Source: an uncultured Verrucomicrobiae bacterium
GTDB lineage: Bacteria > Verrucomicrobiota > Verrucomicrobiia > Chthoniobacterales > UBA10450
NCBI GenBank assembly: GCA_963735805.1
Contig: CAVTMK010000004.1
Location: 256,001-320,000 of the forward strand
Direction: 5' to 3'
Length of the DNA stretch: 64,000 nt
Below the pieces are notes generated by a model. That model did not search any database. It saw nothing but the letters and a program-made list of their open reading frames with translations, and had not been told where the DNA came from. Positions 9,749 to 18,007 of this stretch are shown piece after piece (the stretch's first letter is position 1; each line of letters starts with the position of its first letter). A program made the position numbers and the translations under genes.

Positions 9749-10645
9749 ATGAATATTGGCTTTGTTGGAGTGGGCCGCATGGGCGCGAACATGGCGCGCA
9801 GATTGAAGGATCGACAATTTCACATCACGGCGGTTTACGACACGAATCGCGCGGGGGCTACGTCACTCGCTGCCGAGCTTGGCTGCGCCGCTGCCCAAGA
9901 CTTGTCGGAAGTGACGGCAGAATCTGACGTGATTTTCACGGTCGTGACTGATGACAACGCGATGCGACATATTTTTGCTGGGAACGGTGATAATCTGCTA
10001 ATTAATGCGCGCGGCAAGCTGTTCATTAACTGCGCAACACTCTCGCCACAGGTACACGTCGAGGTTGAAAAGCTGGCGGAGCGAGCTGGAGCGCAAACGC
10101 TCGAAGCCTGCATGGCCTCGAGCATTACCCAGGCACGCGAAGGCAGGCTTTATTTGATGTGTGGCGGAAAGCAGGACGCGTTCCGCAAAGCCGAACCGAT
10201 TCTAAAGGAGCTTGGTTCCGATGTGCGCTTTATCGGCAAGGCTGGCGAAGCTGCAAAGGTGAAGGCGCTCGTCAACATGGTGATGAACATCAACACTGCG
10301 GGACTGGCGGAAGGCCTGGCCCTGGGCGCCGCTCTTGGTCTGGATTTGGAAATGTTAAGAAAGGTGTTTTCCCAGACTGGCGCTGCATCCCGCGTGCTCG
10401 AAACCGATGGCGAAGATATGCAGAATCGCGAGCACAGCTGCTTTTTCTCCGCTGCGCATGCTGCCAAAGATAGTGGGATCGCTCTCGACCTCGGGCGCAG
10501 TCTCGGGCTCGATTTGCCACTCGCGCGTGCGACCAAGCACCAATATGATCGCATGGTAGCGGAAGGCCTGGGCGAGCTCGATAAATCGGGCATTGCCGAG
10601 CTGACGTTCCAGGATCGACATAAACATTCCGCTGATCGCACATAA
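9749..10645 (+). CDS. NAD(P)-dependent oxidoreductase, 3-hydroxyisobutyrate dehydrogenase family
   Basis: IGFVGVGRMGANMA Rossmann motif; AAKVKALVN catalytic Lys. Confidence 0.9.
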   Translation: MNIGFVGVGRMGANMARRLKDRQFHITAVYDTNRAGATSLAAELGCAAAQDLSEVTAESDVIFTVVTDDNAMRHIFAGNGDNLLINARGKLFINCATLSPQVHVEVEKLAERAGAQTLEACMASSITQAREGRLYLMCGGKQDAFRKAEPILKELGSDVRFIGKAGEAAKVKALVNMVMNINTAGLAEGLALGAALGLDLEMLRKVFSQTGAASRVLETDGEDMQNREHSCFFSAAHAAKDSGIALDLGRSLGLDLPLARATKHQYDRMVAEGLGELDKSGIAELTFQDRHKHSADRT

Positions 10646-10815
10646 TTCGGTCTTCGATGAAATTGTGCTCGAATCCGTTCGCGGGGTCGGTTGTGCTGTC
10701 GGATCGCGCCGGATAAATTTTTCGGCGGTCTTCTGGTACAACCGGAATCACGGATTCAAACGCTGAAGGCTGCCTATCCGACAAATCGGCAGAATCGAAC
10801 AATTTTCATTTCTGA

Positions 10816-10842
10816 GAACTCCCTCCTGCAGTTTCCGGATAA
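10816..10842 (+). promoter_or_regulatory. Putative ECF sigma promoter, copy 1
   Basis: GAAC(10816-19)-N13-TTCCGGATAA(10833-42). Confidence 0.65.
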
Positions 10843-10980
10843 CAAGGTGACAAGATATTAAAAGGGCTGGGCACCCAAGCGCGTGCACCCCGTGGAACAA
10901 TCAAGCGCCAGCCTGTCCCGGCGATGAGAGTTCGGTCGCCGTGGCGACTTCAAATCTTCTCAGGGCTTGAGCAATAAAAA

Positions 10981-11100
10981 ATGAAAACGGAGAGCATACT
11001 AACTCCAAACACCGCTGTCACGAGCAAGGGTCATTATGCATGGCGACATGCCCGACTCTTTTTGGCGCCGCAAATCACGATGATTTTAAGGTCGCGATAG
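10981..11100 (+). CDS. Possible 39-aa small protein MKTESILTPNTAVTSKGHYAWRHARLFLAPQITMILRSR
   Basis: Below the ORF-track cutoff; A-rich upstream context; follows promoter copy 1; no homology recognised. Confidence 0.2.
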   Translation: MKTESILTPNTAVTSKGHYAWRHARLFLAPQITMILRSR

Positions 11101-11149
11101 AAAAACCGGTCGCGCTTCCGACAGTTGCAGTGAAATTTTAAGTTCTCCA

Positions 11150-11176
11150 GAACTTTGCAACGTCGTTTCCGGATAA
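11150..11176 (+). promoter_or_regulatory. Putative ECF sigma promoter, copy 2
   Basis: GAAC(11150-53)-N13-TTCCGGATAA(11167-76), followed by AGACCTA as in copy 3. Confidence 0.7.
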
Positions 11177-11179
11177 AGA

Positions 11180-11260
11180 CCTAGGACGCGCTTCGGTCTT
11201 AGGCCCGCTTCCCAAGTCCGTATCGTAGAGCTATCCCCTTCGGCGGATAACAGCTCTACT
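11180..11260 (+). ncRNA. Candidate structured small RNA or long 5-prime leader
   Basis: Two hairpins directly after promoter copy 2: CCTAGGAC/GTCTTAGG (11180-11203) and GTAGAGCT-ATCC..C(TTCG)G..GGAT-AGCTCTAC (11225-11259). Confidence 0.35.
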
Positions 11261-11393
11261 TAAAGCGAAGTTAAACACGCGCAGAGGAACCAGCTGGTTG
11301 TCAGTTGTCTTTCTTCTTTAGAATAACGTCGGAGATATAACACGGCTAGCGAGTTACGTAACACGATCGAATAACGTAGCGATCTTTTTTTCG

Positions 11394-11420
11394 GAACCTG
11401 GTGCAGCGCTTTCCGGATAA
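11394..11420 (+). promoter_or_regulatory. Putative ECF sigma promoter, copy 3
   Basis: GAAC(11394-97)-N13-TTCCGGATAA(11411-20); 65 nt upstream of the ATG at 11485; T tract upstream. Confidence 0.7.
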
Positions 11421-11484
11421 AGACCTAAGCAAGGAAGACACCAACTGCTGGAGTGTGACGCAGCACCTCCCCCCCGACATTAAA

Positions 11485-13593
11485 ATGAAAACTAGATTTC
11501 TCAAACAAGTGGCAGCCGCATTGGCTATTGTAGTGGCCTTTGCGCCCTTCGCGCCTTTGGAAGCAGCGAGGCATTCCAAGAAGAAGAAAAGCCGTCACTA
11601 TCACTCGAAAGAACTTAGTTCAGCTGCAGAGATACAAGGAAAGGCGGCGCAATATGCACACGAACTCCTTTTAAAGTTGCCACCGGATGCGCTTGGAAGT
11701 GTGTCGATCACAGAAGGGACGAACTTTAAGGCTGCAGTTAAAAAGAATGTTCGCGATCTGAAAGCGGCAATAGTGAACTCATCCTGGCCGCAAGCGGCCA
11801 AAAACGCCGCATTTTGGAATCTTCCTGCAGGATTAATTGGCGGAGGAGGAAGCGGAAATTGGTCAGGACAAACCTCCGTTGGCGGGTACTGCTTTTGTTG
11901 GACACGCACTACCATCTTTTTCAAGGACCCCTGGTACGTGATTCGATTCACAGTGAAGATATGTTGCACGCCAACACCAACACCTGCACCAACTGCTACG
12001 CCAACACCTACGGTTACGGCTACTCCGACTGTAACGCCTACTCCGGATCCAACACCGAAGCCGACGCCTCGTCCTCGGCGACTGCCGCCTACACCGACCC
12101 CTACGGTCACGCCTACGCCTAGTCCAACTGTAACGCCTACTCCGACAGCGACACCCACAGCTACTCCGACTGTAACGCCGACCCCCACGGTCACTCCAAC
12201 TCCTAGTCCAACGGTGACGCCCAGTCCTACAGTAACTCCAACCGCGACACCCACACCAACCGCAACAGCAACGCCGACCGTGACTCCGACGCCGACGTGC
12301 ACGCCACACGGCAATTGCGTCTACACACGGCTATTCTGGCGGGATAATCCGGATGCTTGGCCGGTTCAATCGCTGAATCTTGGAAATGTTTCTTACACCA
12401 AGGAACAATTACTCGACATTCTGGAATATCCTGGGTTTCCCGGCGACGGGCTTAACCCGATGGCGCGTGAGTTGATTTCCGCCAAACTGAATGTCGCCAA
12501 CGGCGCGGGGCACGAATGCATCGATGATACGATTACGCAGGCGGACTCGATTATTGGCGACTTGGTTTCGAAGCCAGTTGGCAACGACACGATACCGATT
12601 GGGAACGTTCAAGGGTTTATCGACACACTGGCTAACTACAATAAGGGAGAGCTCTGTTGCGCAATGCATTGCTCAGAGACTCCTACCCCTAGCCCGAGCC
12701 CGAGCGCGACGCCTACCCCTACCTCTACGCCAACGCCTACAGCAACACCTGACCCTACGGCGACCCCTTCGGTAACTCCTACATCTACGCCTACACCTGC
12801 TCCGACGGCAACTCCTACGCCTATACCATGTCAGGTAGACGAGCCGACTATCGCGTGTTCTACATCGGCCTCTTCAAACATAGCCATCGATGTCATCGCT
12901 GGAGAATCTGGCGCTCTGAATGGATTTGTCATTGAATGGATGACGATGGCGGACTTTGTTGCCAACGGGAATCAATGGCCTGACGACGCATCAGAGTTTT
13001 GCCAGGCGGCTTTCTCCAACAGTGTGGGGCCAAATCAAACCATCGAAGTGGTCATCGGCGATGACCGATTGTTCGACTCACTTGGAGTGCACAGCGATTG
13101 CTCGGGCGACCCGCTCTTGTGTGACACGGCTTACGTGTTCCGGTGCCGGACGAACGCAACTCAGTCTTGCGATGCGAGCGAGTGGGGTAACACTATCGCC
13201 TGCTCTACCTTGCCGTGCGATCCGGGACACAATTGCACATATAGTCAAGGCTACTGGAAGAACCACTGCGACGCCTGGCCGCTGCAGAGTCTGATGCTTG
13301 GCGCGGTCAGCTATAATGCTTCACAACTACTTCAGATCCTGAATCGCCCGGCACAAGGCAACGGCCTGGTCATACTGGCGCACCAACTCATTGCAGCCAA
13401 ATTGAACATAGCCAAAGGAGCGGATCCGACAGCGGCGCAACAAGCGGTGACTGACGCGGACAGTATGATCGGAGGGTTGATCGTTCCGCCGAATGGCAAC
13501 GGTTATTTGGCACCCAGCCAGACTAGCCAGCTGACCGATACGCTTACGGAATACAACGAAGGAACGATCGGTCCTGGACACTGCAATGATTGA
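11485..13593 (+). CDS. Large secreted Cys-rich protein with Pro/Thr linkers, a duplicated GYWKNH-type domain and a possible FN3-like domain
   Basis: Signal peptide from MKTRFLKQ (ATG 11485); two homologous ~125-aa domains ([16 protein letters not shown]...LISAKLN and [16 protein letters not shown]...LIAAKLN); long TP repeats. Confidence 0.75.
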   Translation: MKTRFLKQVAAALAIVVAFAPFAPLEAARHSKKKKSRHYHSKELSSAAEIQGKAAQYAHELLLKLPPDALGSVSITEGTNFKAAVKKNVRDLKAAIVNSSWPQAAKNAAFWNLPAGLIGGGGSGNWSGQTSVGGYCFCWTRTTIFFKDPWYVIRFTVKICCTPTPTPAPTATPTPTVTATPTVTPTPDPTPKPTPRPRRLPPTPTPTVTPTPSPTVTPTPTATPTATPTVTPTPTVTPTPSPTVTPSPTVTPTATPTPTATATPTVTPTPTCTPHGNCVYTRLFWRDNPDAWPVQSLNLGNVSYTKEQLLDILEYPGFPGDGLNPMARELISAKLNVANGAGHECIDDTITQADSIIGDLVSKPVGNDTIPIGNVQGFIDTLANYNKGELCCAMHCSETPTPSPSPSATPTPTSTPTPTATPDPTATPSVTPTSTPTPAPTATPTPIPCQVDEPTIACSTSASSNIAIDVIAGESGALNGFVIEWMTMADFVANGNQWPDDASEFCQAAFSNSVGPNQTIEVVIGDDRLFDSLGVHSDCSGDPLLCDTAYVFRCRTNATQSCDASEWGNTIACSTLPCDPGHNCTYSQGYWKNHCDAWPLQSLMLGAVSYNASQLLQILNRPAQGNGLVILAHQLIAAKLNIAKGADPTAAQQAVTDADSMIGGLIVPPNGNGYLAPSQTSQLTDTLTEYNEGTIGPGHCND
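11965..12305 (+). repeat. Low-complexity Pro/Thr-coding tandem repeat (second tract at about 12680-12825)
   Basis: Degenerate ACN-CCN codon repeats encoding [10 protein letters not shown]. Confidence 0.85.
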
Positions 13594-13820
13594 TGCCGTG
13601 CCACGATGGCTGGAATAAATAGAGAAAAATCGTCGTTGCGGAGTAACTGCTGAAGAAGCCGAAGGCTTTCTCTGTGGCGTTACGAACTTGATAATGCAGG
13701 GCAATCCCGTGCTGGAATGCCGACGCCGATTTTGGTCCGGGCATGTTTTGTCTAGAGACCCGAACGCCGAGCTTTGGAAGTTGCTTCCGTGTCCGATGCT
13801 GACTCTGGAAAACAGAGATT

Positions 13821-13843
13821 CAACGCACGTTGTAGTATTCCGG
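13821..13843 (+). promoter_or_regulatory. Weaker ECF-type promoter upstream of the sigma gene (possible autoregulation)
   Basis: CAAC(13821-24)-N13-TTCCGG(13838-43); same spacing as the other copies. Confidence 0.4.
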
Positions 13844-13902
13844 CAGCGGGCGGAAAATTCTCGGCTTGCCTAACAATCGTACAAATGAGATGATCCGCGG
13901 CT

Positions 13903-14667
13903 GTGAAATCCGAAGCCTCTCAGGCCCGTCGCCCCGATCGTTTCATGACGACCCGGTGGAGCGTCGTCTTGTCATGCACGGACTCCGATGGGGACGAAGA
14001 GAAGGCACACGCCGCCCTTGCCGAACTGTGCAAGATTTATTGGCGGCCAGTCTTTGCGTTCATCTGCCGCCAAGGTCACTCCGTGCCCGACGCTCAAGAC
14101 CTGACACAGGATTTTTTCGCCATGGTACTGAAGGGTCGACTCTTGCAGCGGGCTGACCGGAGCCGGGGAAGGTTCCGTTCACTGGTGCTCAAGGCGTTGC
14201 AGAACTTTTTGCACGACGCTGTGGACAAACGTCACGCCCGGAAACGGGGTGGCGACGTTCAGTTCGTCTCGTGGGACGATTGGATGGCTGAGGCGCCGTC
14301 GCACTTGTCGATTCCGGAGCAGGAATCGGAGAATTGGTCGCCGGAAAGAATCTTCGATGTCCGTTGGGCGGCGACGGTAGTCGAGCGCGCCTTGCGGCGG
14401 TTGGGCGATGAATGCGAGAAGCGCGGTCGTCGACGTGTGTTTGATGTATTAAACACCTGCCTCGCGGCCGAGCGAGAAGATGTTTCCTATGCGAAGTTCG
14501 CAAAAACGCTCGGGCTACAGGAAGCGGCAGTGAAACGTCTTGTGCACAGGCTACGCGAACGCTATCGCGCGTTGCTCCGCGAAGAAGTTGCTCAAACCGT
14601 CGAAGGACCTAACGAGATCGACGACGAACTCCGCTATCTCTGTGCGGCGTTGAGCGCAGCGGAATAG
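13903..14667 (+). CDS. ECF sigma-70 factor of the kinase-associated type common in Planctomycetes/Verrucomicrobia
   Basis: FMTTRWSVV N-terminus, YWRPVFAF, DAQDLTQDFF (region 2), RGRFRS, KRGG, region 4 HTH; GTG start. Confidence 0.9.
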   Translation: MKSEASQARRPDRFMTTRWSVVLSCTDSDGDEEKAHAALAELCKIYWRPVFAFICRQGHSVPDAQDLTQDFFAMVLKGRLLQRADRSRGRFRSLVLKALQNFLHDAVDKRHARKRGGDVQFVSWDDWMAEAPSHLSIPEQESENWSPERIFDVRWAATVVERALRRLGDECEKRGRRRVFDVLNTCLAAEREDVSYAKFAKTLGLQEAAVKRLVHRLRERYRALLREEVAQTVEGPNEIDDELRYLCAALSAAE

Positions 14668-14929
14668 ACCAGACAAACCTTCTCATCGGTTTTCGTCCGG
14701 CATCCGGTTAATCGGACTCGCCGTATTCGGAAATCCAAAACCGGATATTTGCGACCGTGACAAAGGTCGATGTCGAATGAGGGAGATGCCGATCTTACGG
14801 TCATTGTCATTTGATTGGTCGTCATTCATTACTTCAATTTTCGTCATTCGGATTCAGTCATTTTCCTGTTGTTCAGGGCAGGCGGTCATCATGCTTATTC
14901 GCGAGCATTGATGATTTGAATTTTTTTTA

Positions 14930-14956
14930 GAACTCTGCTCTGCCATTTCCGGAGAA
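14930..14956 (+). promoter_or_regulatory. Putative ECF sigma promoter, copy 4 (kinase 1)
   Basis: GAAC(14930-33)-N13-TTCCGGAGAA(14947-56), preceded by T8. Confidence 0.65.
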
Positions 14957-15048
14957 TGCATAGAGGAAGTGACGGAGCCGACAGTCGGTACTCGACTCTC
15001 GCCGCCTCGCTCCCTTGTGTTTGTTGTTCTCTAAACCTTCAGCATCCG

Positions 15049-17889
15049 ATGAGCGGCCTTCCTGTTTCAATTCGTCTGCAAAAGGAACCCGTCACCTGCC
15101 CGCTGTGTGGATCGGCATCCCGTATTGGGCGAAGTCTTTGTCTGAGTTGCCTGCTTGCCGAGGGTCTGCGCGGCCGAGTCCCCACTCCTCAGTCGCACGA
15201 AACCCTAGAGGATGTGCTCGGCGAGCTCAACGTTCGGGACGCCGAGTGGCGGATAAGCGATTATCAAATCCTGGAAGAAATCGGGCGTGGGGGAATAGGA
15301 GTCGTTTATCGAGCGCGACATAGACGCCGCATCGTGGCGTTGAAACAAATTCTATCTTATCACGCCGATTCGCGGGATACGGCGGTACGCTTCCGGCGTG
15401 AGGCGGAAGCTGCGGCGAGCCTCGGTCATCCGAACATTCTCCCTGTCTATGAGGTGAGCGAAAGCGATGATAGCGCGCCGTTTTTCAGCATGAAGTTTGC
15501 CGCGGGGGGAAGTTTAGTGGAGGCGGCTCCCGTGTTGCGGAGCGAACCGCGGCGTGCGGTAGCATTGATGGCAAAGGTAGCCCGGGCAGTGCAATATGCG
15601 CACGGGCAGGGGATCCTGCATCGGGATTTGAAACCGGCGAACATTTTGCTGGATGGGCATGGCGAACCGCTGGTGAGCGATTTTGGTCTGGCCAAATGCC
15701 TGGAACCGGCAAGTAACCTGACGCGCACGCTCACAGCCGTCGGCGCACCTGATTATGTGGCTCCAGAGCAGATGGATCCAGCCGGGACTGCGGGCGGCAA
15801 ACTGACTCCGGCGGCCGATATCTATAGTTTAGGTGCGATTTTGTTCGATTTGTTGACGGGTCGTCCGCCATTTTTGGGTGAGCACGCGTTGAAGGTGATC
15901 CAGCAAGCGAGCGAGAAACGGGCGCCGAAGCTGAGAACATTGGTGCCCTCACTGGATCGGGATCTGGAGACGATCTGCTCGAAAAGCTTGGAGCGTGAAC
16001 CAGCGGCTCGATATCGCTCTGCGGATGCTCTTGCCGAAGACCTCGAACGCTGGCTGGAAGGTCAGCCTATCGCCGCGCGGCCGCTTTCGCCGCCTGCTCG
16101 CGCCTGGCGCTGGACGCGGGGAAATCCAACTGTTGCGGGAATGGCGGCGCTCCTAATCGGGTTGGGATTGACTGCAGCGGCGATGATGTGGAAGGGCGGC
16201 ACGACGAGCCCTCAAGTAATAACTGGGATTGCTGTTTTGCCCTTCGAAAGTTTGAGCGACGACAAAGAGGACGCAATTTTTGCCGACGGCGTTCAGGATG
16301 ACATTCTGACCAAGCTCGCCAGCATTCGTGATCTCAGGGTGATCAGCCACACCAGCGTTATGAAGTATCGAGGAAAGCGCGATGTTCGTGAAATTGGTAA
16401 AGCGCTTGGGGTTTCTCACGTTCTAGAGGGTACTGTTTCTCGTGGTCGCGGGAGCGCGCGTTTTCTTCTCAAGGTTCGACTGACAGACGCTCGCACAGGT
16501 ACTCTCCTCTGGTCGGAGGAATACGATCGCGACTTGAATGATCTGTTCGCGGTCCAAAGTGAGCTTGCACGAAAAGTCGCCGAGCGGCTTCGCGCGAAAA
16601 TTTCGACCGCTGAGAAACTGGCCGTAGAGCAGCCGCCAACCACAGACCTCATTGCGTTCGAGCTCTATAATCGTGCCAAGAATCTTCTGGCGCTACGTCT
16701 CAGTAGCGGCCTGAAAGCAAATCTGCTGCAGGCAGTCGACTTGTTGAATCAGGCCGTCGGTCGCGATCCCTCTTTTCTTCAGGCGCAATGCCAGCTGGCC
16801 TATGCACATGAACAGCTCTATTTTCTCGGCTTCGACCATACTCCTGCACGCCTCGCGCTGGCCGATGCGGCCATCGAACGGGCATTTCGCCTTGGCCCGG
16901 ATGCAGGTGAGACGCATTTGGCGAATGCGCGAAACCTTTATCATGGACACCTCGATTATGATGGCGCTCTGGCTGAATTGGGCGTTGCGGAGCAGACATT
17001 GCCTAATGATGCGCGGATATTTCGGATGATGGGATATATTCAGAGACGCCAGGGACGCTGGCAGGAGTCTACGCAAAACCTGGAGCGCGCAGGCAGTCTG
17101 GACCCGCGCAACACTGAAACGTTCCAGCAGATCGCGCTCAGTTATGGTGTTCTCCGGCGGTACGCAGAAGAAAAATCCGTGCTGGATCGCGCGCTGGCGA
17201 TTGAGCCGAACGACGTTAGCACAAAAATCGCGCTTGCGGCCGTCCAATTCCATTGGAAGGCAGATATCCACTCATTGCATCAGACAATCGATTCCATTGG
17301 AGCGGCAAGAGCGGGTGCCTTGTCTAGCGCAGCTGACGAGGGGTTGAGTTGCGCGCTCGCCGAGCGCGATGCCGCAGTAGCAAAGAACGTGTTAGATGCA
17401 ATCGGAGACACGCCACTAACCGACTACTCGGTTCATTTGAATCGCCTGGTAATCGACGGCCTTATCGCCCGCATGACGAAAAATGATAGCAACGCACACG
17501 CAACATTCGCTGCGGCCCGCGCTGAGCAGGAGAAAACGGTTGAAGCCGAACCAAATTATGGCCCGGCGCTTTGCGTGCTCGGTTTGATTGACGCAGCTCT
17601 CGGCCGGAAGGAAGAGGCACTGCGTGAAGGTCGTCGCGCCGTCGAACTGGTTCCGCCCGAAAAGGATGCCTTGGTTGGTCCGACGATGGTCAAGTATCTG
17701 GCCATGATTGCTGCGTGGATTGGCGACAAAGATTTGGCGTGCAAACAGCTGGCCATCGCTGTTCGTCCACCGAGCACGGTTAGCTATGGTCAATTGAAAC
17801 TCTTGCCGTTTTGGGATCCGCTCCGAGGCGACCCGCGCTTTGAAAAAATTCTCGCATCACTCGCACCGAAAGACGGAGTAATCAGATGA
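15049..17889 (+). CDS. Hanks-type Ser/Thr kinase 1: Zn-ribbon, kinase, TM, TolB-like/IAVLPF domain, TPR
   Basis: CPLC..CLSC; IGRGGIG, VALK, HRDLKPAN, DFGLA, APE; TM helix; IAVLPFE; WDPLRGDPRF end. ATG 15049 aligns with the kinase 2 start (ORF open from 14956). Confidence 0.92.
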   Translation: MSGLPVSIRLQKEPVTCPLCGSASRIGRSLCLSCLLAEGLRGRVPTPQSHETLEDVLGELNVRDAEWRISDYQILEEIGRGGIGVVYRARHRRRIVALKQILSYHADSRDTAVRFRREAEAAASLGHPNILPVYEVSESDDSAPFFSMKFAAGGSLVEAAPVLRSEPRRAVALMAKVARAVQYAHGQGILHRDLKPANILLDGHGEPLVSDFGLAKCLEPASNLTRTLTAVGAPDYVAPEQMDPAGTAGGKLTPAADIYSLGAILFDLLTGRPPFLGEHALKVIQQASEKRAPKLRTLVPSLDRDLETICSKSLEREPAARYRSADALAEDLERWLEGQPIAARPLSPPARAWRWTRGNPTVAGMAALLIGLGLTAAAMMWKGGTTSPQVITGIAVLPFESLSDDKEDAIFADGVQDDILTKLASIRDLRVISHTSVMKYRGKRDVREIGKALGVSHVLEGTVSRGRGSARFLLKVRLTDARTGTLLWSEEYDRDLNDLFAVQSELARKVAERLRAKISTAEKLAVEQPPTTDLIAFELYNRAKNLLALRLSSGLKANLLQAVDLLNQAVGRDPSFLQAQCQLAYAHEQLYFLGFDHTPARLALADAAIERAFRLGPDAGETHLANARNLYHGHLDYDGALAELGVAEQTLPNDARIFRMMGYIQRRQGRWQESTQNLERAGSLDPRNTETFQQIALSYGVLRRYAEEKSVLDRALAIEPNDVSTKIALAAVQFHWKADIHSLHQTIDSIGAARAGALSSAADEGLSCALAERDAAVAKNVLDAIGDTPLTDYSVHLNRLVIDGLIARMTKNDSNAHATFAAARAEQEKTVEAEPNYGPALCVLGLIDAALGRKEEALREGRRAVELVPPEKDALVGPTMVKYLAMIAAWIGDKDLACKQLAIAVRPPSTVSYGQLKLLPFWDPLRGDPRFEKILASLAPKDGVIR

Positions 17890-18007
17890 CAAACAGATTC
17901 ACGATCTCGCATGCAAAAAACACCCAATCTGTGTGAATAAGTGGGCAAATTTTTTCCATTTTATGGTTTGCAACTAACCGAACTTAATCTACCATCCTGA
18001 CCTCTTC

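Noticed and set aside
10646..11484. Recurrent TTCCGGATAA as a CRISPR or other array
   Set aside because: Units are short and irregularly spaced (334 and 244 nt), with no cas genes; the fixed upstream GAAC fits promoters better.
11401..11484. Extended N-termini of the secreted protein (11401) and kinase 1 (14956)
   Set aside because: These starts overlap the promoter motifs; ATG 11485 gives a proper signal peptide and ATG 15049 aligns with the paralog.
11601..12314. 237-aa Gly/Val-rich ORF on the minus strand (and similar at 2470-2703)
   Set aside because: Antisense shadow of Pro/Thr codon repeats.
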